Assembly: GCA_023920165.1 (NCBI GenBank)
Contig: CP089274.1
Span: forward strand, 1,364,001-1,428,000
Source: Curvularia clavata
Taxonomy: Eukaryota
Direction of reading: 5' to 3'
DNA: 64,000 bases
A program made the translations under genes and the position numbers. Under the pieces are notes generated by a model. That model was not told the origin of the DNA and ran no database searches. It was given only the letters and a program-made list of their open reading frames with translations. Positions 1 to 13,379 of this stretch are shown in pieces (position 1 is the first letter of the stretch; the number at the start of each line of letters is the position of its first letter).

Positions 1-416
1 TGACGACACACGATAGGCTTTCACCGTGACCACGAGCGGGCCCACAGAAGACCATGACCGTCGCTTTTGTTGGTGAGGCCGATGTCGTCCGGAGGTGAAT
101 GAGAAGTAGAGGTTGGCCAGCCCATGCGGCCATGGCAATTGTATTGTTTGCTTGTCTCTGGCGGACATGACATGGCAATCGCGACGTGTTTGGGCAGGAG
201 CGTGCGACACGCTACTATTGGTGAACCCTGCGCCGCCTCCAAACTGCTTACAATATACATACCACATACATACATGCAACACGACAACGCCATTGCCTTT
301 TCTGGCTCCACTCTCAACCCAGACTCTTGTGCCATGACCAAGCACCGGTAGCACCTTAGTCTACATGCCGTACTAGTCCATTCGCCCTCCCGTTGCGCCG
401 TCTCGTTTCCGTCGTC

Positions 417-3400
417 ATGGCTGACCAGACCGCTCAGCTTGAGGCTTGCAAAGCTGCTGCAAGCAATTACCGCTCTCAGGTGAACACGGCAGCCACCAAA
501 CATGAGGCTCTCAACTTGGCCATTGGCGCAGCCGAGAAGCTCATTGAAGCACTTAAGTTGTCCTCAAGCCCAGACGAGAGGAAACAACTCAAGGCGCAGT
601 GCGGCGAGATGATGAATGTTGCCGATCAGATCAAGAAGACTGAGACGTGGATACCTGCCAAACCACCATCGACCCCCTCCAAAGACGCGCAAACTGGCCA
701 ATGGGCAGCACGGGGCATAGAATCTGCAGCTTCGTCATCCGAGGTTGGACATGCCACTACACGCTCGAGCTCTTCTCGTCCTGACCCTTCACCTACCCCA
801 AACCCCCATGCACCACACCCAGATGGCCCACGTGCCAAACCCAGCAATGACATTCACACTAACCATGCAATCTCTCTGAGTGTCAGGCCTTCCCCAAGTC
901 CCCACCTCTCTAGCAAAATTTCTCAGTCAGCATCATCTAATGCGGACGAGGCTGCTCCCTCCTCATCTCGCTCCCAGATATACAGGTTACGTGAGCCTGT
1001 TTCAACCAGAGAGTTGTCCAAGAAGGAAGAGATCATCTTGCTGAGGGCATCCGCGGTCAATGGCTTCAAGTGTCCACCCTGGACCAAGGATCCGTCTGCC
1101 GAAGAGTTTGCTCCCAATGACGGTCAGTTCACAGACAAAGGCCATCTGAGTCTTTCTCCATACCAGCAGCAATTCTTCCAGGCCTGGTTGCGTGCTCGAG
1201 AAGCCATACCGCCGCCTTCGAGCCTTCCCAACAGCAGGGACGAAGTCGGGCCATCGATGTCTAGTTCGAAACCTCTTGACCTTGTACAGGATGCGGCTTC
1301 CGACTGTTCGGTAGTGACGAGTTTATGTGCTGCCATTGCTCGTTCAGAGCGCGGACATGAACAGGTTCGTCTTCTGTACCCCCCCAACAGCCTCCATATT
1401 AACTTTGATAGATACTCACCAACAAGCTATATCCATTCGACAAACAACGTGGAACTCCCGTAACTTCATCAAACGGCAAGTACATTGTACGACTCAATTT
1501 CAACGGCTGTTGGAGGAAAGTTGTCATTGATGACCAACTGCCCGTCTCGAGCACCCACCGAATACTTCACGTCATCGACCGCCGTAACCCGGCCTTGTTG
1601 TGGCCAGCACTACTAGAGAAAGCCTATCTCAAAGTTCGCGGTGGTTACGATTTTCCCGGTAGTAACTCATGTGGCGATCTGTGGGCGCTGACTGGCTGGA
1701 TTCCCGAACAGGTCTTCCTGCAAGAGTAGGCCATATGTGTTCCTATGCTGGGTTTGGAATATACTAACGAGTTACATACAGGACAGACACGGTGCCAGAC
1801 CAGCTATGGAAGCGTATATACAACGCTTTCACGTATGGCGACGTTCTGGTTACGGCAGGTACAGGCAAAATGTCGAGCAAACAAGAGCGTGAACTTGGAC
1901 TTGAAGGCCAACACAGCTATGTAGTACTCGACTTGAAAGAGATGGAAAACGATCGGCTGTTACTTGTGAAAAATCCTTGGGTGGAAGGCAAGGGCTGGCG
2001 TGGGCCTCGTCCATCTGCTGTGGACAGCTCTGCATTTGATCAAGATCCCGATAACAGCCTAGTGAGCTACCATAGAGACAGCATTCCGACGCAGGATCGA
2101 CCGCACCCAACAACATTCTGGATAGGGCTCGAACAAGTCATACAGCATTTTGACAGCCTCTACCTTAATTGGAACCCCGGGCTATTTCGCTATCGGCAAG
2201 ACATCCATTTTGAATGGGATGTCAAATCGTCGCCAGGCGGATGCATTGTCAATTATCCACAATTTGCTTTTACATCCAAGGGGACTGGACCCGTATGGCT
2301 CTTGTTGAGTCGTCACTTCCGGGATGTAGAAGAAATTACCAAGGAGGTGTCGGATGTGTTTAATGACGGTACCATTCGTCCTGAGACTCAATTCGGCTCC
2401 AACGGAGACGCCCCCAAAGGTTACATGAGCATATACATCTGTTCCGGACATGGAGAGCGGCTGTACATCAAGGACACGTATCTTGAGTCAAGCGACTACG
2501 TGACCACGCCCCAATGCCTCCTCCGCACAAACATGGATGCTAATACAATTTACACCGTGGTTATTGACCAGGACGACCTGCCTCCGTCAAAGTACACATT
2601 TTCCTTGTCGGCATTTGCCAACACAGCCATTACACTGGAGCCGGCAACCCAGCGGCTTCCGTTGCAGCAGATCCAAGAGGGCGCCTGGACAAGACAAACA
2701 GCGGGTGGTGGGACGGACTCGGTAAACTACTTTGACAACCCTCAGTACTCAGTGCACGTCCGTGAACGCAGCTCACTAGCGATTCTGCTGACGAGCTCGA
2801 AGCACGAACATCCCTTGCATGTCAAACTTGCCTTTGGGCATGGGAAGAGGTTGTATCGACTGTCCAGTCGCGATGTGCTTGCAGACTCTGGCAACTACCG
2901 CAGTGGATGTGTGCTTGCTGAGATCAAAGACCTTCAACCTGGGTACTATACAGTCATCTGCTCGCTTTTTGAAGCGGGGCTGACTGGCGACTACACGCTG
3001 CGAGTTGACAGTAGTAGTAAAGTAGATTTGACACAGATTCCGCGGGACGGAGCAGGGCTGCTGTCAATGAAGCTTGCTCCAGCCTGTTTTGGTGCACAAG
3101 TACATAAAGTGGCTGCGCCGCTACACGCATGTCGTTTGGCGTCGTACACTATCATTGCGCGGTTCTTGAGAGCGACAAGCCCTCGGGCAATGGATCTGGG
3201 GAAGCTAGCGCGGAGTCCATTGCGGCTGAGCGTCGAACAGGGACGGGGTCCAGAGCGCAGATTCCTTGCCAGCAGCGAGCAAGGGCAGTACACGGATTCT
3301 GCCACGGTTCGGTCCGAAAGCTTTAATATTGATCCAAAAGATGTTAGGCCGGGCGAGGTATGGCTTGTTCTGGATAGGCTTTCGGGTCCTCGAGGACCGG

Positions 3401-3483
3401 TAGAGGAGTGGTACGACGTGGAAATCTACACCGACACTCCCAAAGCGTGCGAGATTGGGGTTTGGCGCGACTGGGACGACTGA
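417..3483 (+). CDS. palB: Calpain-like cysteine protease PalB/Rim13 (pH signalling), 3 exons
   Basis: ATG 417. N-terminal helical MIT-like region, catalytic triad contexts QDAASDCS, GQHSY and KNPW, and C-terminal domain-III-like repeats (GAWTRQTAGG..YFDNPQY). Introns about 1365-1410 and 1726-1781 join ORFs 393..1463 and 1792..3483. Confidence 0.92.
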
Positions 3484-4217
3484 CGACGTGTGGAGGGTGT
3501 GGGCCACTGCTATAGCAGAGGGGCGTTTTGGGGGAGTTTGAGCAGGATGGATGACCATGTGCATTGCCGATCTTGTTGATCAGGGATTGGCCTCGTGTGG
3601 CTATGGTGTGGTATGAGCCAGGCAAATACCTTATCACTCGTCGAGCAGCGCATGTCAGTAGCAAATGCGGATGACGACTTCTCATACGCCTCACCAGACG
3701 CCACGGGATTTGTGAAACATGGTAGGGGTGAGCAAATGGCGGATCCAGATCCAATCAAGGGCTGCACGATCTGACAGTGCATGGCCCTATTGCACGTTTC
3801 GCCTCGCAGCAGACCGCAGGCCGCATGACGGGGCTAGAGCGACGATAACGGCACGCCAAGACATGCGGCAAGCCTGTGATGGAGTTTGCTTGCACCGGTT
3901 TGTGAGTTTGAGGCTGTCTGTCTTTGTCTGAAGGCGTATAGCTGTGTGTGAGTGTGTGTATAAGAAGGGTGAGTGGCGGCCTTGTCCACGGCGGTGTGGC
4001 TAAGCCCGTACCCCGCTGCACCAAGGTTCAAGGCTATCGGCTGCGCTACGTCAGTCAGTTCCTCCGCGCGCGCGCTAACACAGGAGCATTCAGAAAACCG
4101 CACCGCCTCAACACCAACACCTAGCGACATCCCCGATCCTTTCTCCACAAAACCGCCCCAGGCTCTAATCGCCGCTCGAAACCACGTCCTTTGCATACCC
4201 TCACAGGCCAACCTGCC

Positions 4218-5957
4218 ATGGCGGACCTCGCCCCTGAAAAGCCCCAGTCGGCCTCGGCACCCGTATCTACCCTCAACTCGGGAGCCAATTCGCGGGCGCC
4301 TACTCCTTCAAACGCCGCCGCAGAGAAGGCTCCCGACGACAGCTCAAAGTTCAAGACTTTCCTGAGCATATTGAGGAGGTAACGTTGCACCGCGTCGCCG
4401 TGCCATGGCTCTTCCAGAGGCTAACTCGCCCTTCTCATAGGTTCATTGGCGTCTCCGACCTCGCTGCCGTTCGCTTCTCCCTTCCCGCACAACTCCTCGA
4501 GCCCCGACCAAACCTGGGTACGTCCACTCGACACTTGGCTGTGCACCATAACGTCTGACGCATCACAGAGTACTGGCACTACTTGGACAGGCCCGACACA
4601 TTCATCAGGTGGGTGCAGCTTGCAGAGACGGCTCAAGAGAAACCACTGACTCGCGCAGCATCGGAGACTCAGATGACGATCTTGGGCGCATGCTGGGATG
4701 CCTGCGCTTCTGGTTCACCAAGGATCTGGTATGCTGGCTGCACATACAAAGACTCAACAACATAGCTAATGCGTGGCGCAGAAATACGTCAAAGGCAAAC
4801 CATGCAAGCCCTACAACTCCACCTTGGGCGAGTTCTTCAGAGTATGCAGCTGAGATGGCTTCGGGAAGAACTGGCTCGCTAACTATTGCAGTGTAACTGG
4901 AAAATCGAAGACACCCATCTTCCTCTCAAGACGCCCAACTCGACACCCTCGAGCGCCGCCAGCAGCACCAAGGGCAACGGCAAGACTGTAACAGTATCTT
5001 ACCTCACCGAGCAGACATCGCATCATCCCCCGGTTTCGGCCTTCTATGTCGATTGTCCTGAAAAGGGCATCAGTGCACGAGGCTATGATCAGCTGAGCGC
5101 AAAGTTTACTGGTACAAGTGTGCGTGTCGTGGCTGGAGCCCACAATTTGGGAATCTTCATCACCCTAAAGAACCGGGATAATGAGGAATACCAACTCACA
5201 CATCCAGCAGCTTATCTGGGAGGCATACTTCGAGGTATGTATCAACTCCTACTAACGTCAGCGCCTGATCCACTGACCAAACAACAGGCTCTCTGAGCGT
5301 ATCCGTTGCCGACAGCTGCTTTATCACCTGCCCGAAGACAGGGCTGAAGGTCATTCTCGAGTATCAGGAAGAGGGCTGGCTCGGTCGGTCGCAAAACAAG
5401 GTCCTTGGTGTCATCTTCAAATACGACCCCAACAACGACACAATCACAAAGATCAAGGATGTTTCAGACAAAGATGTTCTTGGACGGATAGAGGGCAGCT
5501 GGCAAGATAAGGTTTACTACACCCTTGGAAGCAAGCCTTTTGCCAAGGTTTCCGTAAGTAATTTGAACAGGGGGTTGATTCTCGATATCTAACATTTGAG
5601 CAGGAAAAGCACCTCATCATCGATCTCAACCCCCTCGACCCCGTACCCAAGATCATACCCCCTATCGAAAAGCAGCTTCCCAATGAGTCTCTCAAGTTCT
5701 GGGATAGCGTAACAAAGGCTATAGTAGGAAAACAATACAGCGTGGCTACCAATCTGAAGACCGAGATTGAAGAGAAGCAACGGCAAAAGGCTGCGGAACG
5801 CAAGGAAGCAAACAAGGAGTGGCAGCCGCGATTCTTCACAGGAGCCGTGACGCCTGTCGGCAAGCCAGATCTCACCAAGGATGGCGAAGAAGCCCTCAAA
5901 GGTCTCCACGAGGAGAATTATGAATTACCGCCAAGTCAAGAATACGGTGCTTTCTAA
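4218..5957 (+). CDS. Oxysterol-binding protein (Osh6/Osh7-like), about 8 exons
   Basis: Spliced translation gives FSLPAQLLEP, KPYNSTLGEFF, the OSBP signature EQTSHHPPVSAF and KTEIEEKQR..WQPRFF. Several roughly 50-nt GT-AG introns with CTAAC/CTGAC branch sites. Confidence 0.9.
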
Positions 5958-6517
5958 GCATCAATCCTGACAACAAATTGCATTTGCGGGTAACGGGCGC
6001 GAACCAGACTTTGGATACGACTCATATTTGTCATGATTGGGTACGAAATGCCACGCTCTTTTGGTATTCTATTCCACACATTGGGAACGCTCTTTGTTGA
6101 TTAGAGAGGAGCATGGCTTTGGTCAATGGCGTTACGCATATATGCTTACCAAGGAGGCTCCACGCTGATTTCTCTTTTTGTCATGATTATTTACGAATAG
6201 ATTTCTAGACTGCCTGCCTGATAATAAGGCTTTACCGTCTTTGTGCCCCTTTCACTTAGGGGAGGCCGTTAATGGGGAAAGAACTCCCGATATCCAACGC
6301 GACATTTCCAAATCCAGAGCAACAAGAATCCAAACTGGTCCGAAGTAGTCTTGTGTTAGGTTGAAGTTTGGACTTGAATAGATGTTCAATTAGGACGGTA
6401 AGGATATCACTACCTACTATCAACGTTACCAGTATTACTCCAAGCCCCTCTTTCCCCTGATAGAAAAAAAAAGGCCTTCCCTTGTTCTATATTTCCCTGG
6501 CACTCCACGGTCCAACC

Positions 6518-7084
6518 TCAACACCCAACCTCAACCCCAACATCATCAATCGTAACATTCCACCCTTCACTTCCCTCAACCCCATACCCCTGCACTGTAA
6601 CTGCCACTGAATGTCCCACCCCTCCATCCCCGACATCCCTCACCACAACGCTTCCCCCTACCCTCGTCCACGCTTCTTTCCCGTCGGCCCCAAACTCCAC
6701 CGCCTCGCCGCAACTCCCTCCATCCAAAAACACTTCCACCCTCGTCGTCCCACTCTCCCGCTTCCCAGTCTTAACCCACGCATAGCAGTCTACCGTGCGC
6801 CCGACCGGAGCAGAGACATAAGATTGAGATAATGTGAGGGTGGACAAGGTGTCGGTGCTACTGTTGCTGGTGGCCAAGTACGCGGTTGGCGAGTTGTGCC
6901 CACCACTGGTGATGAGTTGCCGAGTTGAGAAAGAGCCGGTGGCGAGGGAGAGCCAGGGGGATATGTCGCTCGGGGAGGCCTCGAAGGAAGGGTTGGTGAG
7001 TAGATTGGTGGGTGTGCAGTTCGGGGATGCGGCGAGGGTTGATGTGACGCTGAGGGAGAGGAGGGTAAGGAGGGAGGAGAGCAT
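6518..7084 (-). CDS. Small secreted protein (188 aa, 4 Cys) with CBM4/9-like galactose-binding-fold signature
   Basis: ATG 7084 begins the hydrophobic signal peptide MLSSLLTLLSLSVTSTLA. Motifs NLLTNPSFE, LSQ..., WTRVGG and IDDV are typical of carbohydrate-binding beta-sandwich domains. Confidence 0.7.
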   Translation of the reverse strand: MLSSLLTLLSLSVTSTLAASPNCTPTNLLTNPSFEASPSDISPWLSLATGSFSTRQLITSGGHNSPTAYLATSNSSTDTLSTLTLSQSYVSAPVGRTVDCYAWVKTGKRESGTTRVEVFLDGGSCGEAVEFGADGKEAWTRVGGSVVVRDVGDGGVGHSVAVTVQGYGVEGSEGWNVTIDDVGVEVGC

Positions 7085-8548
7085 GGTCTTTGTTTGTCGT
7101 GATGGTTCTGGCTTGAAGGTGGGTAGATAGGTATGAAGATGGTATGACGGTGTGGATGTGTCGATTCTTGTTTGTTCGAGGCGTTGCAATGTCGAAATAC
7201 GGCTGTTAGAGAACAGTGGGGTGTACTCGAGGTGGTTGTGGTTGAGCAAGATGTGCCCGAAATAAGTGTGACGTGTTACAACGCAGCTGAGCGGCGTATC
7301 CGGATATTTTGAGCTTGGGAGTGCTATAGCAATAGCAAATTATGGAGTCGGTGTATCGTGACTAGTCTAGTTCTTACGCGCAGTCACCCGTTGACCTCAC
7401 ATGTGCCTTGCCCACGTGAGAAGGAAAAAGTAAGACAAGGAGAGAAAGAACGTAGAAATATCAGCTGGACGCCAAACCAGATCTGAAGCTGGAAACCGCA
7501 GACGAAGGAAGGTAAAACTAGTAAATAAAGGGAGTACAAGGAAGTGAATAGCGTGAAAATGGACTGAAATGAAAAGAGCGAAAACACGAAAAGTAGTAGT
7601 TGTCCTCAGACTAGCAACGATAACAGCAATCAAATGTATCTGCCCACATCCCCTTTACCTCCCTCTCTCTCTCCCGTCTACACACATAACCAAACAACAC
7701 AACAATCAATCACATCACCCTCCGTCCTCCCGCCACCTCAAGTCAAAAAAGCACACTCCATTCCGTGCCACCCTCAGCACCCCAAAACAGCCAAAACACC
7801 GAACAAGGGGGGCTAACACACCCGAGACCCTTATTTCACCCCGTCTCAACGTGCGCGCTGTACAACGAAACAGCTCATCCAGTGGTGCTGCATATGGACA
7901 GTAAGAAGTCGTTGGTTGGGGCCGGGGTGGGAGGGTTTCGTGGGGGGGCAGGGCACGCCAATGGCGGCGCAGGCTGAAGTGGCGCAGTTAAGCGAGATTT
8001 ACGGGGCTGGCCGAGATGGACGTTAGCACCACTCAGCGCGGTGGGATGAGGGTTGGCTGGGATGTGAGATGTACGACGGGAGTCGGAGGGTTTTGGTAAG
8101 GCGATTGGGGGATACGTGGTGTGGTTGGTTGGATTGGAGAGGCTGGAAGGAAAGGGGCTGAGAGGAACAAGGGCCGGTGAAGTGGCTGAAAGCAAGGTGG
8201 GAATACTGGGGTGGAATGGGAGTAATGTAGTGGGCTGATATGGTGATTTGGGAGGTAGACGGAAGAAGGGGAGCAGTTACTGGGTAACCAATTCCAGCAG
8301 GTGACTAGGTTTGTTGTTGTCGCTTGTCATAGTCGAAAGCGACGTTTCGGCATACTAGATGCAAATATGGTACTATGTGTATGAAGTGACAAAAAAGGTT
8401 AAGAATTCGCAACTCTCGAAATATGTTAAAGGCAGCTAATATATACAGAAGAAAGCATCGGCATGTACACATGTCCTTCATACCCTTTGCACAGAAGAAT
8501 TAACATGGCGTTCAGTGTTCCATCTAGGAAACCACTCGACTTGTTGAT

Positions 8549-9378
8549 TTAGTAAGCGTTGGCGGACCACTGGTTGACGGTGAACTTGGCTGGGCCGCCA
8601 GTGAAAGCCTCGGTACCGAACTGGTAGGCTGTCGTGTTGTTAGTACTTTTATCGTCGTATATACATCGAAAAACTTACTGATGAGGTTCTGGCTGGAAGC
8701 AGGGAAGCCCTTGTTGTTCTGGAGGTAGGTGAAGAAGTCCTTCATGCTGGCCTTGAAGTTGTAGATGGGGCCAGAAGGAGTGACGAAGCTGTACACCTTC
8801 ATGTTGCCGTTCAGGCCGTAGAAGAGCTCCCAGGTACGTCCGGCGACGTTGACCATCCCTTGCGAGGATCCAATGGGGTACACATCGTACCTGGCGAGCC
8901 TGCAGATCACGAGTCAGTATCTGCAATCTACAAACTTGGGATATGGTTTCCAAACTTACCAAACCATGAGCTCGTAGTCACCACTGCTGGTGGCGTGGTT
9001 AGGGTTGGAAGACGTGAACAAATCGTACGCAACATTGCAGCGAATGTTGGAGGTGTCGTAGACCCAGTACGCCTCCGTCTCAAGGTTGCTGTATTGAGTG
9101 ACGGGCTTCTTGGTGATCTGTCGTCCAGAGTAGACGTAGCTCTTGACGTTGTCCTTGCCACCCTGCCACTGCCAGTTGGAGGACCACTTGGCACCGGTGG
9201 AGCTCACGCTGTTGACATAGGTGCACTGGGAGCCCGAGGTTGCCGAGCTGCGGCCCCAGATGTTGTTGTTGAGCTCGTAGCCGTTGCTCGAGTAGTACTC
9301 ATAGTCCTTGCAAAGGGTAGCTTGCTGTGCGCTGGCAACGGAGGCGAGAGCGCCGAGGATGAGCGATACGACCTTCAT
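8549..9378 (-). CDS. Glycoside hydrolase family 12 endoglucanase/xyloglucanase, 3 exons
   Basis: Signal peptide, then [29 protein letters not shown](LAR), PIG and [10 protein letters not shown]. Introns near 8959-8900 and 8678-8628; TAA at 8549-8551. Confidence 0.95.
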
Positions 9379-9402
9379 GGTGGATGTGTAGAGAGGACGA
9401 TT

Positions 9403-10219
9403 GGCTAATGAAGGAGATTTTCTGCTGTGCTGTGTCTTGTTTCCTCTTCACCTTCGCGCCCGACCTTTTGTACTTGCTCGTCCCCTTCTACACTTCCTCA
9501 AACGACGCTACATTGGCTGGGATCAGGACTTTAGACGGTGGAGCAAACTCTGGTGGGTCTTCATATAATTCAGTCCGCTGTCAGTCGCAATGCGTCCCTA
9601 GATCCCGACGGAGCTTCCAAAAAGGTTCCATCGAGGAAGTTCCAAGCCCAGCGTCATGGGCTTCCACTACTCATGTGAGCATGGCCAGGACGGAGAATCT
9701 AATATGCATCACCAATCAGATGGGGTTCGGCTAACCCGCTATAATTGTGCATCGGCGAATTTGTCTCCGCACGAACTACATCGTCGGAAATTACAGGCAG
9801 TAGCCTGGATATTTGCCGTGCCAGCTTCCCAATTCGTATGGTTAGTCTGGAATAGGCTCAAGTTTCGTAGAATAACCCCACAGTCCCCACAGTACAACCC
9901 ATGCTGCATCCAGCCTTGTTTACATGGAACATCCAACCTGCCAACGATTCGGCAAGATTCAAGTACCTCACACGTGGGTCAGGAACAATAGACTCTAGCT
10001 GGCTAACTGTTTCCGATATTCTAGAGTCATGTGCCTCATCGACAAAGGTTTCGTGAGCCGGAACAGTTCCCGACTTGCCCGTTTTTTGGACATCGCCGAA
10101 GAATGATTTCCATGAAAACACACTGCCGAGAACTTGGCTCAGTCGATCTCTCGCGACGAGGTTTGTGAACAAGAAAGAAAAGTCAGGGGGGAGGGGAACT
10201 TGATCACGAGGATCTGGGG
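9403..10219. promoter_or_regulatory. Candidate XlnR (GGCTAA) and CreA (SYGGRG) sites upstream of the GH12 gene
   Basis: GGCTAA at 9403, 9729 and 10001. SYGGRG matches at 9765 (CTCCGC), 9876 and 9885 (CCCCAC twice) and 10214 (CTGGGG). These are short motifs and function is inferred. Confidence 0.4.
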
Positions 10220-12413
10220 AAAGTATATGAAGTCGGGCCTGCTTGGAACCAACATTGTTGCAGGATTGGCCCTGGGTCGATGCAGGAACAGAAAAATATC
10301 TCAATCTCGTGCAAACTACAGATTGTGCCTGTAATTAATTTAGTGAGCGTTCTGTGCACTGCAAGAGAAGTCGCTAGCTCTCAGAAACGTCTTCTCGATG
10401 TTGCGTCTGCCAAGGTTAGGTAGGTATCTGGGTAACTACCGTGCGGTACCGCCTAGGTTTCGAGCTGGGGGCGGCGGAGCCTTAGCTTATTTCGACCAAT
10501 TGCACCACGTGGCACCATGCATTGCGTGACGTGATTCTCTGACGGCGTACGAGTAAGCTTACTGAGCTTACCGTCTTGGACCTTGAGAAAACCACCCTCA
10601 ACGTTTCGCTGCCATGATAGTGCTGCACCGAAGAGAGGTATACGATGCACCGAGCGATATTGCAATCTAGACGCTTCTCGAACCTTGTGAACTGCGATCT
10701 GTTTCGTTAACAGTCCCTATGCAAGTCTCAACTATGCTTACATGCATTGATTGCATCGCGTATTTGTAGCCGACGGCCTGAGTGAGATAAACCTGGTTTG
10801 CGTACGAGAAACAGAATGTTGTAGAGATGAGGAACCACTTTGTCAAAACACAAGCCCTTCCAAGCTTTTTGATTAGAATCTTCTAATCTTAGCAGGTCTA
10901 GGCCGCACGCCCTGTCGGATGGGACCTTGACGTGATCTCCATCTAAAACAACCGGCCCGCTTCCGTGCGTTGGAATACTTCTGCCCCTAGTTGTATTCAT
11001 TCACTGACGGTGCGACAATCTAAAACCACTAGAATCGGAATCGAAGTCGACCCGATCAGTCGACTGTCCTAGCATCTTATCTCCATCAGTATTGCCTCTA
11101 ATCAAAGTCCTACTATCGTCTAAGCTTTTAATCCCCCAACATCCCGCTGATATCTTTCGCATTCATTATGACAAAACAATCTTAATTCAACGACTTCTAA
11201 TCAATAACATGGATTCCTCTGCAGAGTCTTTAAATCCATGCCACTCGGGGTCCTAAATCGTCCTGCTTGGCGGCGCTTAAGGCGCTAAGAGCATCTCTAC
11301 CACTCTGAATGGAACGTCAAAAGGACGCTCGAGCCTGGGTTGTCTACACAAGAAACTGGCCAAGAAATCAATACGGTATACGCGTATTGAATTTCATATA
11401 CGTCTATTTTACCTTCGACGATATGGAATCCTTCAACGTGAGGTAGCCGAAAGGGAACCTACTTAATATAACATGTGAGAGTAGCTCTCATTGTTCATGG
11501 TTTGCGCTTACGATGGTTACGCTGTGAACGAATACGAGGTGGGCATCGGGTTCAGTGACATGCTCGTCCGTACCCAATGTGCAACACATCTAGTAATCGT
11601 TTTCTCATCCAAGCTGCAGGATACACAATCGACTTCCGACATATCTGAATCAGAGAGCTACCTTAACGATACAGAAACATCACTCTTCCGAAAGCTCTTG
11701 AGACTTCTGCCTTTCGTGGATCACTTTTTCTATGTGGTGATGTCGTCCAGCAGAGTAAATACTAACAGTGAATCTTTTTCGACGTACAAGACGAAATGAA
11801 CATGATTAGAGCAAATTCCCTTGATTCTTGAAACTTGACTTCAAGAATGGAGTGATTTCAGCTACCAGTCTGTTGAGAAATCACTCGCTCACTCTGCTGC
11901 CGTCTTTGGTCCGTCACTGTTGGCTCTATCTCGGACCACAAGCTCGTAGCAATTGTATCCCCAGTCTCAACGCGGTCCGAGTTCGGTACAGGAGCAAGGC
12001 TCTCTTCAGTATTACGATCCACTGTATCATGTATGATTGTTGCAACAGAATATGCGAGTGTCACATATCGGTCAGATAATGTCACAGCAGTCAGGCAGCG
12101 AGCGCTTAGGTGTTACGCAGACCTACTACTCGATGACTTTTACCTACGGTCAAGTAAGCTATACAACTTGTTGGTTCCTTCACAAATACAGCAGGATCTC
12201 GATTTTGTTGAGATACAAGATGCCAATGAGTATCGGGATTGATTAAATATCGTGATTGATACAGTAGTCCAAGTGAAGCCACTATCTAGCCGTGTCGATC
12301 GGTAAGGGGGTTCCTCCTCGTCGCACCATGTCGTCTTGTCTACACTCCGGGTTTGCTTAGGCCGCTTGTAAATGACTCCAACTAATAGTCACAGCCCACC
12401 CAGCTCCGCAAAG

Positions 12414-13379
12414 CTAGATCGACATATCGTCAACTCCCTCCCTCGTGTCGGCGACATCAATATCCTCCATCTCCACGTCCTCCATTTCCACTACTGTCTT
12501 CAACTCTGCCCGGACGAAATACAGCAATGCGCCCATCCAAGACCGACTCGAGTCACCCCAAAGACGACCTCCGAAGGCCTGTTGCTCAGGCGTCGGCACA
12601 TGAGCAGTAATTGCCTTTCGGATTTGGATCTATACTATATCTTGGATTCCATAGGTGAAGATAAAAGCACTGGAGCCTAAGGTATGGGAGCTAGATGTCT
12701 TGGAGCCTGAGGTATGGGAGCTTTAGGCCTTCCGTTCTAATTTGTCCTTGGATATAGTCCATTTTTGAATTTTTGAATTTTGGTGGGCTGCGGGGCGACC
12801 TGCCATTATTTTGAGACCACTTTTTGATATCGGCAAATCGCCGCAGGCTCGCCAGTTATGAGAAACAATAAACATTATATCCACGTGGCGAGTCAAGTCG
12901 AACCCGAATTCGTACAGTCTGAGAGATTCCTGTCCATTGAAGAAGACCGTGCAGGACGTTAGCGTTTTTCGAAGTCGAATCTCAGTAATCCGGTGTTTCT
13001 TGAGCAAGGTAGAGTAGTTGCCAGCCGATAGATAGCTAAGATACTTTAGCCATTTAGGAAGCCATTCTTGGATTTCTTGAAGGACTTCGACATCTATCCC
13101 GTCATAACAGGCAAAAATAGCATTTGGTGAGAGGATAACGGGCATCCCTCGCTGTCCTGATAGATTGATGGACTCGGTTTGTGGCGAAATGGTTCCAACG
13201 AGATATGATGATAGCTGGGAAAGAGGAGAGCCGTCCGGATAACGTATTCGTAGGTGATGTTGTGCTGGGGTGCTATAACTATAGTTTGACGACTCTAAGC
13301 AGACTCCTGATAGTGAGCCATCTTCTAATTGGCTAACTTCTAATGGTGATTTGATTGTCGTTCTGTGATCTACATCCAA
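12414..13379 (-). pseudogene. Orphan ORF interrupted by two in-frame stops (probable pseudogene)
   Basis: ORFs 12723..13379 and 12414..12599 share a frame and are separated by TAA (12723-12725) and TAG (12630-12632). Acidic C-terminus. No family recognised. Confidence 0.45.
12671..12722. repeat. 22-bp direct repeat with 30-bp period (TGGAGCCTRAGGTATGGGAGCT x2)
   Basis: Copies at 12671-12692 and 12701-12722 with one mismatch. The period preserves frame (SSHTSGSKTS/SSHTLGSS on the minus strand). Confidence 0.85.

Noticed and set aside
11209..12246. Chain of short plus-strand ORFs as a possible degenerate gene
   Set aside because: Stop density is close to random and I recognise no motif, so it is not supportable without a homology search.
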